Shown here: positions 8,954-17,665 of the stretch, piece after piece
Numbering within the stretch: the stretch's first letter is position 1
How the letters are laid out: each line of letters opens with the position of its first letter
Assembly (NCBI GenBank): GCA_033549365.1
Contig: JAWSUF010000004.1
Coordinates: forward strand, 172,058-236,057
DNA from: Acidobacteriota bacterium
GTDB taxonomy: Bacteria > Acidobacteriota > Aminicenantia > Aminicenantales > Saccharicenantaceae
DNA: 64,000 bases
Reading direction: 5' to 3'
Notes under the pieces: model-generated
Database searches by the model: none
What the model was told of the DNA's origin: nothing
The model's input: only the letters and a program-made list of their open reading frames with translations
Translations under genes and position numbers: made by a program

Positions 8954-10242
8954 GGGTGTCCTCCGCGCCGGTACATTTCCACCAGCTTTTCGGGGGTGAC
9001 ACCCAGAAAATAACCGGCGAAAACGACTTTGTTCGTGATGTTTCTCCGCCAGTATCCGCCGGCATATTTTCGGGATGACGTCAGAACGGGAGGGCGGAGA
9101 ACAACCGTCCGACCGGCGCGATGAAGGCGGCGGGCGAAGTCCACGTCCTCCATCAGGGGGATGTTTTTGTAACCTCCAAGAAGATGGAAGAGCGAAGCGC
9201 GCACGAAAAGGGCCTGGTCTCCGAACGGCAGATGGAAAAGCCGGGTCCTCCAGTTGGCCGTGATCTCGTTGATTTTGAGAAGCGGCGGGCCGGGCTCGAA
9301 TTTCAGGGCAAAAGACCCTCCGGCGACGAGCGGGTCTTCCAGTGCTCCGCGGACGAGAGCGGCGTGGTTGCCGGGAAGAAGCGTATCGGCGTGGAGAAAA
9401 AGCAGGATGGATCCCGAGGCCTCCGCCGCGCCCGCGTTGAGCTGGACGCCGCGGCCCGGCCGGCAGGAGACGATCTTCGCCCCGGCCTTCCGCGCGACGC
9501 TCAATGTCTCATCCCGGCTCCCCCCGTCGGCGACAATGACTTCCGTATCGGGCGTCTGGCCGATGGAGTCCAGGGTTCGCTTCAATCGGGGTCCTTCGTT
9601 CAGAGTCGGGATGACGATGGACAAAAACCGCCGCTTCGTCCGCTCCCAGACGGGAAGGTCACCGGCGACATCCACATCGGGCAGAGCCGGAAAGGACTTG
9701 ACGCATAAGCCCAGATCGGCGGCCCTCGCCAGAGTCCCCTCAAGGACCGTCTCCGTCCCCCACGCAAGCCCCCGGAATAATTCCGGATAAAACCTCCGAA
9801 CACCGATCAGTCCGTACCCGCCGTCGGGAGCGGGAACAAGGACCGTGTCGTTTTCATCCAGGGCTTTCCAGGCGGCGCGGATATGGAAGACCGTGAGTTC
9901 GGGGATGTCGGTTCCGATGAGTACGGTTTTTTTGATGCCGTCCATGAAGCTGTCCCGGAAAGCCCGGCTCATCCGGTCTCCGAGGTCCCCGTCGCCCTGC
10001 GGGATACAGCGGACATTTTCCCCGAGCCAAGCCGCGGTTTCTGGAACCGATCCGCCGTCGAAGCGAATCTCCAGATCGGCCCTGTGTTTGCCGGACAGGC
10101 GGGAAGCCCATTTCAGAGTGTGTTCCGCCATGCTCCGCGAGAGGGATGCGGTCCCGTCTTCGCCGAGTACGGGGATGAGGCGCGTCTTGACTCTCCCGGC
10201 GACGGGATAACGGACAAAAACGATCAGCCGCGTCGCGCGCAC
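8950..10242 (-). CDS. Fusion protein: TIGR04282/DUF2064 nucleotidyl-transferase-like domain plus TIGR04283 family-2 glycosyltransferase
   Basis: 430 aa. The N-terminal half (RLIVFVRYPVAGRVKTRL...) matches the DUF2064 family. The C-terminal half (IVIPTLNEGPRLKRTL...VIVADGGSRDETLSVARKAGAKIV...) is a GT2 domain. The two families are usually encoded as adjacent separate genes. Confidence 0.7.
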   Translation of the reverse strand: MRATRLIVFVRYPVAGRVKTRLIPVLGEDGTASLSRSMAEHTLKWASRLSGKHRADLEIRFDGGSVPETAAWLGENVRCIPQGDGDLGDRMSRAFRDSFMDGIKKTVLIGTDIPELTVFHIRAAWKALDENDTVLVPAPDGGYGLIGVRRFYPELFRGLAWGTETVLEGTLARAADLGLCVKSFPALPDVDVAGDLPVWERTKRRFLSIVIPTLNEGPRLKRTLDSIGQTPDTEVIVADGGSRDETLSVARKAGAKIVSCRPGRGVQLNAGAAEASGSILLFLHADTLLPGNHAALVRGALEDPLVAGGSFALKFEPGPPLLKINEITANWRTRLFHLPFGDQALFVRASLFHLLGGYKNIPLMEDVDFARRLHRAGRTVVLRPPVLTSSRKYAGGYWRRNITNKVVFAGYFLGVTPEKLVEMYRRGGHP

Positions 10243-10251
10243 CGATTTCCC

Positions 10252-11782
10252 TTACCTTTTCCAGGAAAACCACTTTCCAAGGGCTTTTTTCAGGAAAGGT
10301 TTCATCAGGCCGGCGTAATACTGCCCGGAGGCCTGTTTGACGGCATCGGCCTGGGTGGGATAGGGATGGATGACCGAGGCGGCCAGGAGCTTGACCCCCT
10401 TGCCGGCGGCCATGACCGCGGTGATCTCACTGATCATCTCCCCGGCATGGCGGCCGACGATCGTTGCGCCCACAATCCGATCCTTCTCCTTCTTGACGTG
10501 GATTTTGACAAAACCGTTGTCTTCGCCGTCGAGGACGGCCCTGTCAACGTCTTTGAACGGGCGAACGAATGTCCGGACCTTGATCCCCGCGGCCTGGGCT
10601 TCCTTCTCGGACATCCCGACGTGGGCGATCTCGGGGTCGGTGTAGGTGCACCAGGGAATGGTCAGAGATTTCGTCTTCTTGCTTTTCAGGAAAAGGGCGT
10701 TCTGAACGACGATCCGGGCCGTCGCTTCGGCTATGTGGGTGAACTTGAAGGGGAAGGCGACGTCTCCCGCCGCGTAGATGCGCCGATTTGTCGTCTGAAG
10801 ATAACCGTTGACCTTGACGCCGGAGCGCGCATCGAAATCCACGCCGGCCGCTTCGAGATTCAGACCCTCGACGTTCGGAGCCCGGCCGGCACCGACAAGG
10901 ATTTCTTCGGCCTCGATCATCTCCTCGCGGCCGTCGACCGTGAAATGGATGCGTTTTTTTCCGTTCAAGACCGTCACCTGCGTGATCCGAGCATTGAGTT
11001 TGCAGACGATGTCTTCCTCGGCGAAAACGCAGCCCAGGAGCTCCGCTGCATCCCGGTCTTCCCGAGGCAGAAATTGAACGTCCCTCTGGATGATCGTGAC
11101 CTTCGAACCCAGGCGGCGGAAAGCCTGAGCCAGTTCGCAACCAATCGGCCCTCCGCCGATGACGGCCAGCGACTCCGGTCTTCGGGTCAGCGTAAATACC
11201 GTTTCATTGGTCAGAAACCCCGCCTCGGCCAGCCCTGGGATCGGGGGATGAATCGGCTTGGCTCCCGTGGCGATCAGGGCCTTGGCGAATTTCAGGAACT
11301 TTCCGCCGACCTCGATCCTGCGTTTGTCGAAGAAGCGGGCCTCCCCAAGGAACACGTCCACGCCCAGGCCTTTAAACCGTTCGGCCGAATCGTGTCCGCT
11401 GATCTGCGCCCGAAGGCGCCGCATCCGCTCCATGACTTTGGCGAAGTCGATATCGACAGGACCGCCCGCAACAATCCCGAAATCCGCGGCGTTCCGGATT
11501 TCGGCCGCGGTCCGGGAGGAACGGATGACGGCTTTGGAGGGCACACAGCCATAGTTCAGGCAGTCGCCACCCATCAGAGCTTTCTCGATGAGTGCCACCC
11601 TGGCCCCCACCGCGGCGCCCCCGGCCGCCGCGACCAGTCCCGCGGTGCCGGCGCCGATGACCACGAGGTTATAGCTCGAGGCCGGCTCCGGGTTCACCCA
11701 GGATGGGGGATGGGCGTTGGCGATCAGAACGTTATCGTGCGCGTCGCCGGGAACGACATGAAACGGTTTAGATTCGGGCATT
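10252..11782 (-). CDS. Class I pyridine nucleotide-disulfide oxidoreductase (dihydrolipoyl dehydrogenase/mercuric reductase family)
   Basis: Trimmed to MPESKPF..., which is preceded by a GGAGGG ribosome-binding site. Rossmann motifs are VVIGAGTAGLVAAA and GGDCLNYGCVPSK (redox-active CxxxxC). The C-terminal HPYPTQADAV resembles the Lpd HPT motif. Confidence 0.75.
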
Positions 11783-12478
11783 TTGACCCTCCTTCTCTCT
11801 GAGTTTTTTTCGGGCCTCCCGGACAAGAACCGCGAGTAGGGCCGCCACGGCCACGAGGACAAAAACCAGAACCCAGGGAATTCTTCTTTGGGCGACGGCG
11901 GTCGACACGGCATCCGAGCCCACGACGTAGAGGACCGTTCCCGGCAACATGCACAGCCAGGACCAGAAGACATAGGTCCGGAAGCGGACATGGGTCAGCC
12001 CGAAACCGAAATTGAGAAGATTGAACGGAAAGAGCGGCACGAGGCGGGTGATGGCGACGATCGCGGCCCCATGGTCTCTTGTCAGGCGGTCGAGCGATTG
12101 AAACTTGGCGTTCGTTTCGAATCGACGGGCGACGGAGTCTCTGGCGATATGCCGGGCGATCAGGAAGGCCAGGGCGGCGCCGATTGTCGAGCCGGCGCTG
12201 ACGACGGCGATACCGCGGACGGAACCGAAAAGGACGCCGGCCACGACGGTCACGGCCGAACCCGGAACGGCCAGGACCACGGCCGCAATATAGATCAGAA
12301 TATAAACGAAAGGTCCCCAACCGCCGAGAGCCAGAATCCAGGCCCGAAGTTCGCCGACGCGGCCGCCGAGGTCGAAAACGCGGGCCAGGACAATCAAGGC
12401 CAGAAGAACGGCGAAGAGGGCGATGGGTTTGGCGAGGCTCGGCTTTTTCGAGCCTGTTTCAGTTCTTTCCGGCGGCAA
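11768..12478 (-). CDS. DedA/TVP38/TMEM64 family membrane protein
   Basis: Polytopic membrane protein with the DedA-type core (GGWGPFVYILIYIAAVVLAVPGSAVTVVAGVLFG). Its start is uncertain: a TTG at about 12478 with a GGAGG ribosome-binding site would give a short overlap with the upstream gene, whereas the first in-frame ATG at about 12556 would overlap the radical SAM gene by about 100 nt. Confidence 0.6.
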   Translation of the reverse strand: MPPERTETGSKKPSLAKPIALFAVLLALIVLARVFDLGGRVGELRAWILALGGWGPFVYILIYIAAVVLAVPGSAVTVVAGVLFGSVRGIAVVSAGSTIGAALAFLIARHIARDSVARRFETNAKFQSLDRLTRDHGAAIVAITRLVPLFPFNLLNFGFGLTHVRFRTYVFWSWLCMLPGTVLYVVGSDAVSTAVAQRRIPWVLVFVLVAVAALLAVLVREARKKLREKEGQNARI

Positions 12479-13424
12479 GCGCGCCTCCGCAGGAGGATCC
12501 GAATCCGGCCGTGCAGCCGAAACAGTGATCTCCGGTCCGAATTTTTCTTGCGGCATACCTTTCCGGTTCGAAATGTTCGATCTTGCGGGGCAACCCGCCG
12601 CCGATGGGCAGTCCGAGGACCATGTTGAAATCGCAGTCATAAAGGGTTCCATCCCAGCCGATACTGATTTGACGGCGGCACATCAGATTGTCGACTGTCC
12701 GGCAATTGAACCTGTCGTGGAGGAGTTTCATGTACTCTCCATCCTTCATCTCCTGTTTCAGAGTCTCCCAGAATCGCCCGAGGGGCATGTTGGTGATCGT
12801 CAGAAGTTCCGTAAAGGCGATGCCGAATCGGCTGTCGAGTTCCCGGCGGTAGTCCTTTTCGAGTTCGAACTGGTTCGGCGGAAGAAATGGTCCGCCGGGA
12901 TTATAAACGAGTATCAAGGGCAGCTCCGGCGATCGGCCGTAACCGCGAGCATTGAGCCGGGTCAGCATTTCGACGCTCTTCCCGTAGACGCCGCGGCCTC
13001 TCTGTGCGCAGACGTTCTCTTCGAGATAGCAGGGAAGGGAGGCGACGAGACGGACACGGTTTTCTTTCAGGAATTCCGGCAGGTCCTCCAAGCCCGGCTC
13101 TGACAGCACCGTGAGGTTCGTCCGGAGTTGGACTGCATTCCCGCTTTCACGAAGCGCCCGGATGAAATCCCTGATCTGCGGGTGGAGTTCGGGAGCGCCT
13201 CCCGTAATGTCGACCAGTTCCGGCTTCACACGATCGGCCGCCGAAAGCACGGTCCTCATGACGGGCCGGGACATGGACTCCCACCGTTCCGGACCGCATT
13301 CCAGATGGCAGTGACGGCAGCTCAGATTGCACTTGAGCCCGACATTGACTTGGATGATGCCGATCCCGGCGGCGGTGAGATCCGATCGGCATTCGGATTG
13401 AACGCGGGTTGCAAAAGAGCTCAT
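12459..13424 (-). CDS. Radical SAM/Cys-rich domain protein (TIGR04167, ArsS-like)
   Basis: 321 aa. It has an N-terminal CNLSCRHC radical SAM motif and a C-terminal Cys-rich tail (DHCFGCTAGFGSSCGGA). This architecture matches the ArsS family. Confidence 0.65.
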   Translation of the reverse strand: MSSFATRVQSECRSDLTAAGIGIIQVNVGLKCNLSCRHCHLECGPERWESMSRPVMRTVLSAADRVKPELVDITGGAPELHPQIRDFIRALRESGNAVQLRTNLTVLSEPGLEDLPEFLKENRVRLVASLPCYLEENVCAQRGRGVYGKSVEMLTRLNARGYGRSPELPLILVYNPGGPFLPPNQFELEKDYRRELDSRFGIAFTELLTITNMPLGRFWETLKQEMKDGEYMKLLHDRFNCRTVDNLMCRRQISIGWDGTLYDCDFNMVLGLPIGGGLPRKIEHFEPERYAARKIRTGDHCFGCTAGFGSSCGGALAAGKN

Positions 13425-13495
13425 TTCGCTTTTTTCCTGAAGTTTCGATCATGAATTTATCGGAATCCCGATCATATTTGTATATATTAGTCGAT

Positions 13496-14245
13496 TTATC
13501 TCTTCGTGGCAACAAACCATGTCGATCCCGCCCGTGTTCGGACTCGGGCTGCGGGAAATCGCCGCCGGGCTTCATCGGGATTCCGGAGGAGGAGGTCGAC
13601 CACCCCGGCTTTTTCCGGACCCGCGGCAAGAACAAAGGCGTATCGGGAAACGATAATGGGAGGCAGAGTGAGCGTGATCCTCTTCCGCGGGGTCATGGCG
13701 CCGGGCGCCGTTACGCTTCGGACCCACCGTGTTCGCTCTTCGAGGACGGGGTCTTCAGGAAACAGCGAGGCCGTGTGACCGTCCGCCCCGACGCCGAGCA
13801 GAAACACATCAAAAGTCTTCTCCGGGGTGTCCCTGTCGCTTGACTCAAAGAATTTTCTCAGGATCTTCTCGTACGCAAGCGCGACTTCGGCGGGCGGCCC
13901 GATATCGACAGGCATGGGGTGGACATTTACAGCCGGGACGGGAATTCTTGAAATCAGAGTATCATGAGCCATGCGATAGTTGCTTGCCTGATCCGTCTTG
14001 GGAACCCAGCGCTCGTCTCCCCAAAAGAGATGAGTCCGGTCCCAGGGGATCCGCTTTTGATAATGCGCGGCGAGACATTCGTAAAGCCCTCGCGGAGTCG
14101 AACCTCCGGCGAGGGCGAGGGTGAATCGTTCCCGATTCCGGACGGTCTCGACGGCGACTTCGGCGAGGCGTTCGGCCAGGGCCCGATTTGCGTTGTCGAG
14201 CCGGTCGAATCGTAAGACTTCGGCATCCCTCACGTATTCAACCAT
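13496..14245 (-). CDS. pgl: 6-phosphogluconolactonase
   Basis: 249 aa with the DevB/Pgl pattern (FTLALAGGSTPRGLYE ... HLFWGDERWVP ... GADGHTASLFP). Confidence 0.85.
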   Translation of the reverse strand: MVEYVRDAEVLRFDRLDNANRALAERLAEVAVETVRNRERFTLALAGGSTPRGLYECLAAHYQKRIPWDRTHLFWGDERWVPKTDQASNYRMAHDTLISRIPVPAVNVHPMPVDIGPPAEVALAYEKILRKFFESSDRDTPEKTFDVFLLGVGADGHTASLFPEDPVLEERTRWVRSVTAPGAMTPRKRITLTLPPIIVSRYAFVLAAGPEKAGVVDLLLRNPDEARRRFPAARVRTRAGSTWFVATKR

Positions 14246-15681
14246 GACTGTCCGTCCCGGACGATCAGCGCGTCGGCCTCGGCCGGTCCCCAGGAGCCCG
14301 CTTGATAAAAGGACGGGAGAGAGCGTTTTTCAAGCAGAGGCGCATAGAGTCTCCATGACGTTTCCACCTCGTCCGATCTGACAAAGAGGGTTGGGTCGCC
14401 GGTGAGGACATCCCTGAGGAGTGTCTGATAGGCTTCCGGCAATTTCCCGAAGGCCTCGGCATAACGAAAACGCAGGTCTTCGGTCCTCAGTCGCAAGGGC
14501 TCTCCGGGTTCCTTGATATCAAAAAAGAGACGAAACCCCTCATCGGGCTGGACCGAGATCACCAGCCGGTTGGGCTCGATCCGGCAACCGCCGGAAGACT
14601 TGAACATACAGACGGGGGGGCGCCGGAAGTTTACGGCGATCCGGGTCAAGCGGCGGGCCAGGCGTTTTCCGGTCCGGAGGAAAAAGGGAACGCCCTGCCA
14701 CCGCCAGTTGTCGATTCGGACTCGAATGGCCACATAGGTTTCCGTGATGGAATCCGCACGGACACCCGGTTCTTCCCGGTAACTCCTGGCGGCATGTCCG
14801 TCGATCTCCCCGGTGGTGTATTGGCCGAAGACCGCGGATTCCGGCTCCAGGGGCCCGATGGACTGGAGGACCTTGAGTTTCTCGTTCCGGATCGACTCCG
14901 GATCGAAGAGGGCCGGCGGTTCCATCGCGACAAGGGCCAGGAGCTGCGTCAGGTGGTTCTGGATGATGTCGCGCAAGGCTCCCGCGCCGTCATAATAGCG
15001 GGCCCGATCTTCGACGCCGATCGTCTCGGCGGCGGTGATTTCCACGCTGCCGATCCTGTCCCGGTTCCACAGCGATTCGAAGATGGTGTTGGCGAACCGG
15101 AACACGAGAAGGTTTTGGACCGTCTCCTTTCCGAGGTAGTGGTCGATGCGGAAGATCTGAGGTTCATCGAAATACTTGAAGATCAATCTGTTTAAATCCC
15201 CGGCTGTGGCTCCGTCCCGGCCGAACGGTTTTTCAACGACGAGCCGGGTCCAGCCGTGGCTTCTGTTCAGGCCCGAGTCGCCGATGTGCCGGATGGCGTC
15301 GGGGAAAAGGGGTGGGGGGAGTGCGAGATAAAAGGTCCGGTTTCCCGGCAAACGATACGTCTTTTCAAGATCCGCGATGCGCGAAGACAGAACGGCGTTG
15401 CCGGCGGAAGAAAGGTCCACCGGTTGATAGTGAATGCAGGCGGAGCACCAGGCCCCGGCTTCAGCCTTGGAAAAGCCGGCCTGCGTCAGAGCTTCCGTGG
15501 TTTTTTTTCGGAAACCGTCATCGCCGATGTCTTTGGAGCCGACCCCGAGAATTCGACAGGTCTTTTCAAGGTGGGCTTGCCGGATCAATTCGTACAGGGC
15601 CGGGATGAGCTTTTTTTGGGCCAGATCCCCGGTCGCCCCGAAGATCACGAAAACATGAGGATCGATCGTTTTGTCCGCCAC
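14230..15681 (-). CDS. zwf: Glucose-6-phosphate 1-dehydrogenase
   Basis: 483 aa. The N-terminal VIFGATGDLAQKKL motif, the active-site region IDHYLGKE and the C-terminal domain are all present. The start is GTG. Confidence 0.9.
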   Translation of the reverse strand: MADKTIDPHVFVIFGATGDLAQKKLIPALYELIRQAHLEKTCRILGVGSKDIGDDGFRKKTTEALTQAGFSKAEAGAWCSACIHYQPVDLSSAGNAVLSSRIADLEKTYRLPGNRTFYLALPPPLFPDAIRHIGDSGLNRSHGWTRLVVEKPFGRDGATAGDLNRLIFKYFDEPQIFRIDHYLGKETVQNLLVFRFANTIFESLWNRDRIGSVEITAAETIGVEDRARYYDGAGALRDIIQNHLTQLLALVAMEPPALFDPESIRNEKLKVLQSIGPLEPESAVFGQYTTGEIDGHAARSYREEPGVRADSITETYVAIRVRIDNWRWQGVPFFLRTGKRLARRLTRIAVNFRRPPVCMFKSSGGCRIEPNRLVISVQPDEGFRLFFDIKEPGEPLRLRTEDLRFRYAEAFGKLPEAYQTLLRDVLTGDPTLFVRSDEVETSWRLYAPLLEKRSLPSFYQAGSWGPAEADALIVRDGQSWLNT

Positions 15682-15683
15682 GG

Positions 15684-16592
15684 CTATTCCTTCTTTTTAA
15701 TCTCGTGGCCGCCGAACTTTTTCCGAAGGACGGCCAGAACCCTGTCCGCAAAGCCGAAGCTGTCCTGCGAGTGGAAACGCTGCATGAGAGAAAGAGTGAT
15801 GACCGGCGCCGTTTGACCTTGCTCGATCGCCTCCATCACGGTCCAACGTCCCTCTCCGGAATCGGAGACATAAGGCAAAACGGCGTCCAAACCATGATCT
15901 TCAGCAAGGGCTTCCGCCGCGAGGTCGAGGAGCCAGGATCGGACGACGCTCCCGAATCGCCAGATCTCGGAGATTCGGTGGAGATCCAAGTCGAACTCGG
16001 TTTTGCCTTTCATGAGGGCGTAACCCTCCGCATAGGCCTGCATCAGCCCGTATTCGATGCCGTTGTGGATCATTTTGACGAAATGACCGGCCCCGGAAGG
16101 TCCGACATGTCCCCAGCCCTTATCCGGGGCGGGGGCCAGAGTTTCGAAGATGGGACGGAGATGCCGAACGGCATCTTCTTCGCCGCCGATCATCAAACTG
16201 TAGCCTTCCTTGAGGCCCCAGATCCCCCCGCTTGTCCCGCAGTCCACATAATGGATCTTCTTCTCCCGCAGCTCCAAAGCCCTGCGCATCGTGTCCTTGT
16301 AAAAGGAGTTGCCGCCGTCGATGATGACGTCGTCGGGCGCCAGCATCGGGACAAGGGTTTCAAGGGTCTCGTCAATGGGCTTTCCTACGGGGATCATGAT
16401 CCAGATCACCCGCGGCGGAGCCATGTGTGACACGAGATCCTCCAGGGAAGAGGCTCCGACAATGCCTTTTTTCTCGGCGGCTTCGATCGTCTCGGCATGG
16501 CGGGCGTAACCGATGACCCGGTGACCTCCGGCTGCAAGTCGTTCGGCCATGTTGCCGCCCATGCGGCCGAGTCCGATGACGGCAAGTTCCAT
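15684..16592 (-). CDS. gnd: 6-phosphogluconate dehydrogenase (decarboxylating), short GndA/YqeC-like form
   Basis: 302 aa. It has an N-terminal Rossmann fold (MELAVIGLGRMGGNMAERL) and 6PGDH catalytic-domain motifs (DGGNSFYKDT, GTSGGIWGL). Confidence 0.85.
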   Translation of the reverse strand: MELAVIGLGRMGGNMAERLAAGGHRVIGYARHAETIEAAEKKGIVGASSLEDLVSHMAPPRVIWIMIPVGKPIDETLETLVPMLAPDDVIIDGGNSFYKDTMRRALELREKKIHYVDCGTSGGIWGLKEGYSLMIGGEEDAVRHLRPIFETLAPAPDKGWGHVGPSGAGHFVKMIHNGIEYGLMQAYAEGYALMKGKTEFDLDLHRISEIWRFGSVVRSWLLDLAAEALAEDHGLDAVLPYVSDSGEGRWTVMEAIEQGQTAPVITLSLMQRFHSQDSFGFADRVLAVLRKKFGGHEIKKKE

Positions 16593-16604
16593 GATTCTCC
16601 TCCT

Positions 16605-17558
16605 TTATGTTCTCTCCCGGGCCAGGGCGGCCGCTCCGATGGTCCCGGCCTGTGTCCCCAATGCCGCGCGGACGATCATCAGCCCTTCCGACGCCGCTTC
16701 GAGAGCCCGGCTGCGGACGGTCTTCTCAATAATAGAGATCATTTCGGGGAGCCCCTCGATGACACCGCCGCCGAGGACAAGGCGACAGGGGTTGAAAGCA
16801 TTGACGACGCCGACTAGACCTTGGCCGAGGAGGTCCGCCGTTTCCTCGATCAGCCGCCGGGCCAGGGCGTCTTGTGCACCGAACGCCCGGGCAACGGTCT
16901 CCGCCGTGATGTCTTCGACGCTTCCGGCCAGGGAGACCAGGCGTTGTCCCGCGACCGGGTCGGAGCGGACTGAGGCCTGCGCTCGTTCGGCGATGGCCCA
17001 GCCGCCCGCGTAGGCTTCCAGGCAGCCGTGGTTGGGGCAATGGCATTTCCTCCCGTCCCGGACGATGACCATATGACCGAGCTCTCCGGCGGCGTTCCCG
17101 CAGCCTTCGAGGACCCGGCCGCCGCTGACGACCCCCCCGCCAATGCCCGTTCCGACGAAGACGACAACCAGATCGTCGGTGCCCCGTCCGGCGCCATGAC
17201 GCCATTCCCCCCAGAGGGCGGCTCGCACGTCGTTGATGACGGCAACGGGCAACCCGGTTTTGGCTTCGAGAAGCGATTTGAGAGGAACATCGGTCCAGCC
17301 GAGGTTCGGAGAGGCCCGGACGACGCCCTCTTTGTCGACTTGGCCGGCAACGCCGATGCCCAGGGCTGTGGCCCGCCCGGCACCCTTGTCCAGGCACTTA
17401 TCGATGCAGTTGACGATATCGTCGATGATCCTTTTCGGCCCGCGGTCCGGATGAGTCGGCTCTCGATGGGAGGACAGGACCCGGCCCCGTTCATCGATAA
17501 GGGCCGTCTCGACTTTTGTCCCTCCCAGGTCTATGCCGAGAGTTTTTATCTCTTTCAT
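16605..17558 (-). CDS. ROK-family glucokinase
   Basis: Trimmed to the internal ATG MKEIKTLGIDLGGTKVE... The ROK signature and zinc motif are present (CHCPNHGCLE), along with GVGTGIGGGVV. Confidence 0.8.
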   Translation of the reverse strand: MKEIKTLGIDLGGTKVETALIDERGRVLSSHREPTHPDRGPKRIIDDIVNCIDKCLDKGAGRATALGIGVAGQVDKEGVVRASPNLGWTDVPLKSLLEAKTGLPVAVINDVRAALWGEWRHGAGRGTDDLVVVFVGTGIGGGVVSGGRVLEGCGNAAGELGHMVIVRDGRKCHCPNHGCLEAYAGGWAIAERAQASVRSDPVAGQRLVSLAGSVEDITAETVARAFGAQDALARRLIEETADLLGQGLVGVVNAFNPCRLVLGGGVIEGLPEMISIIEKTVRSRALEAASEGLMIVRAALGTQAGTIGAAALARERT

Positions 17559-17665
17559 CGTCCGCCTTTCAAAAATGACGGAAAACTGCAGGTCGTAATT
17601 CGGTTGCATGATTCCCTGGAGAAACAAATCCGACGGCATGATTTTAGGATATTGAATGGGAGCAT

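Noticed and set aside
9883-11802. 639-aa plus-strand ORF
   Set aside because: It is antisense to the DUF2064-GT2 fusion and the Lpd-like flavoprotein genes, both of which have strong family signatures.
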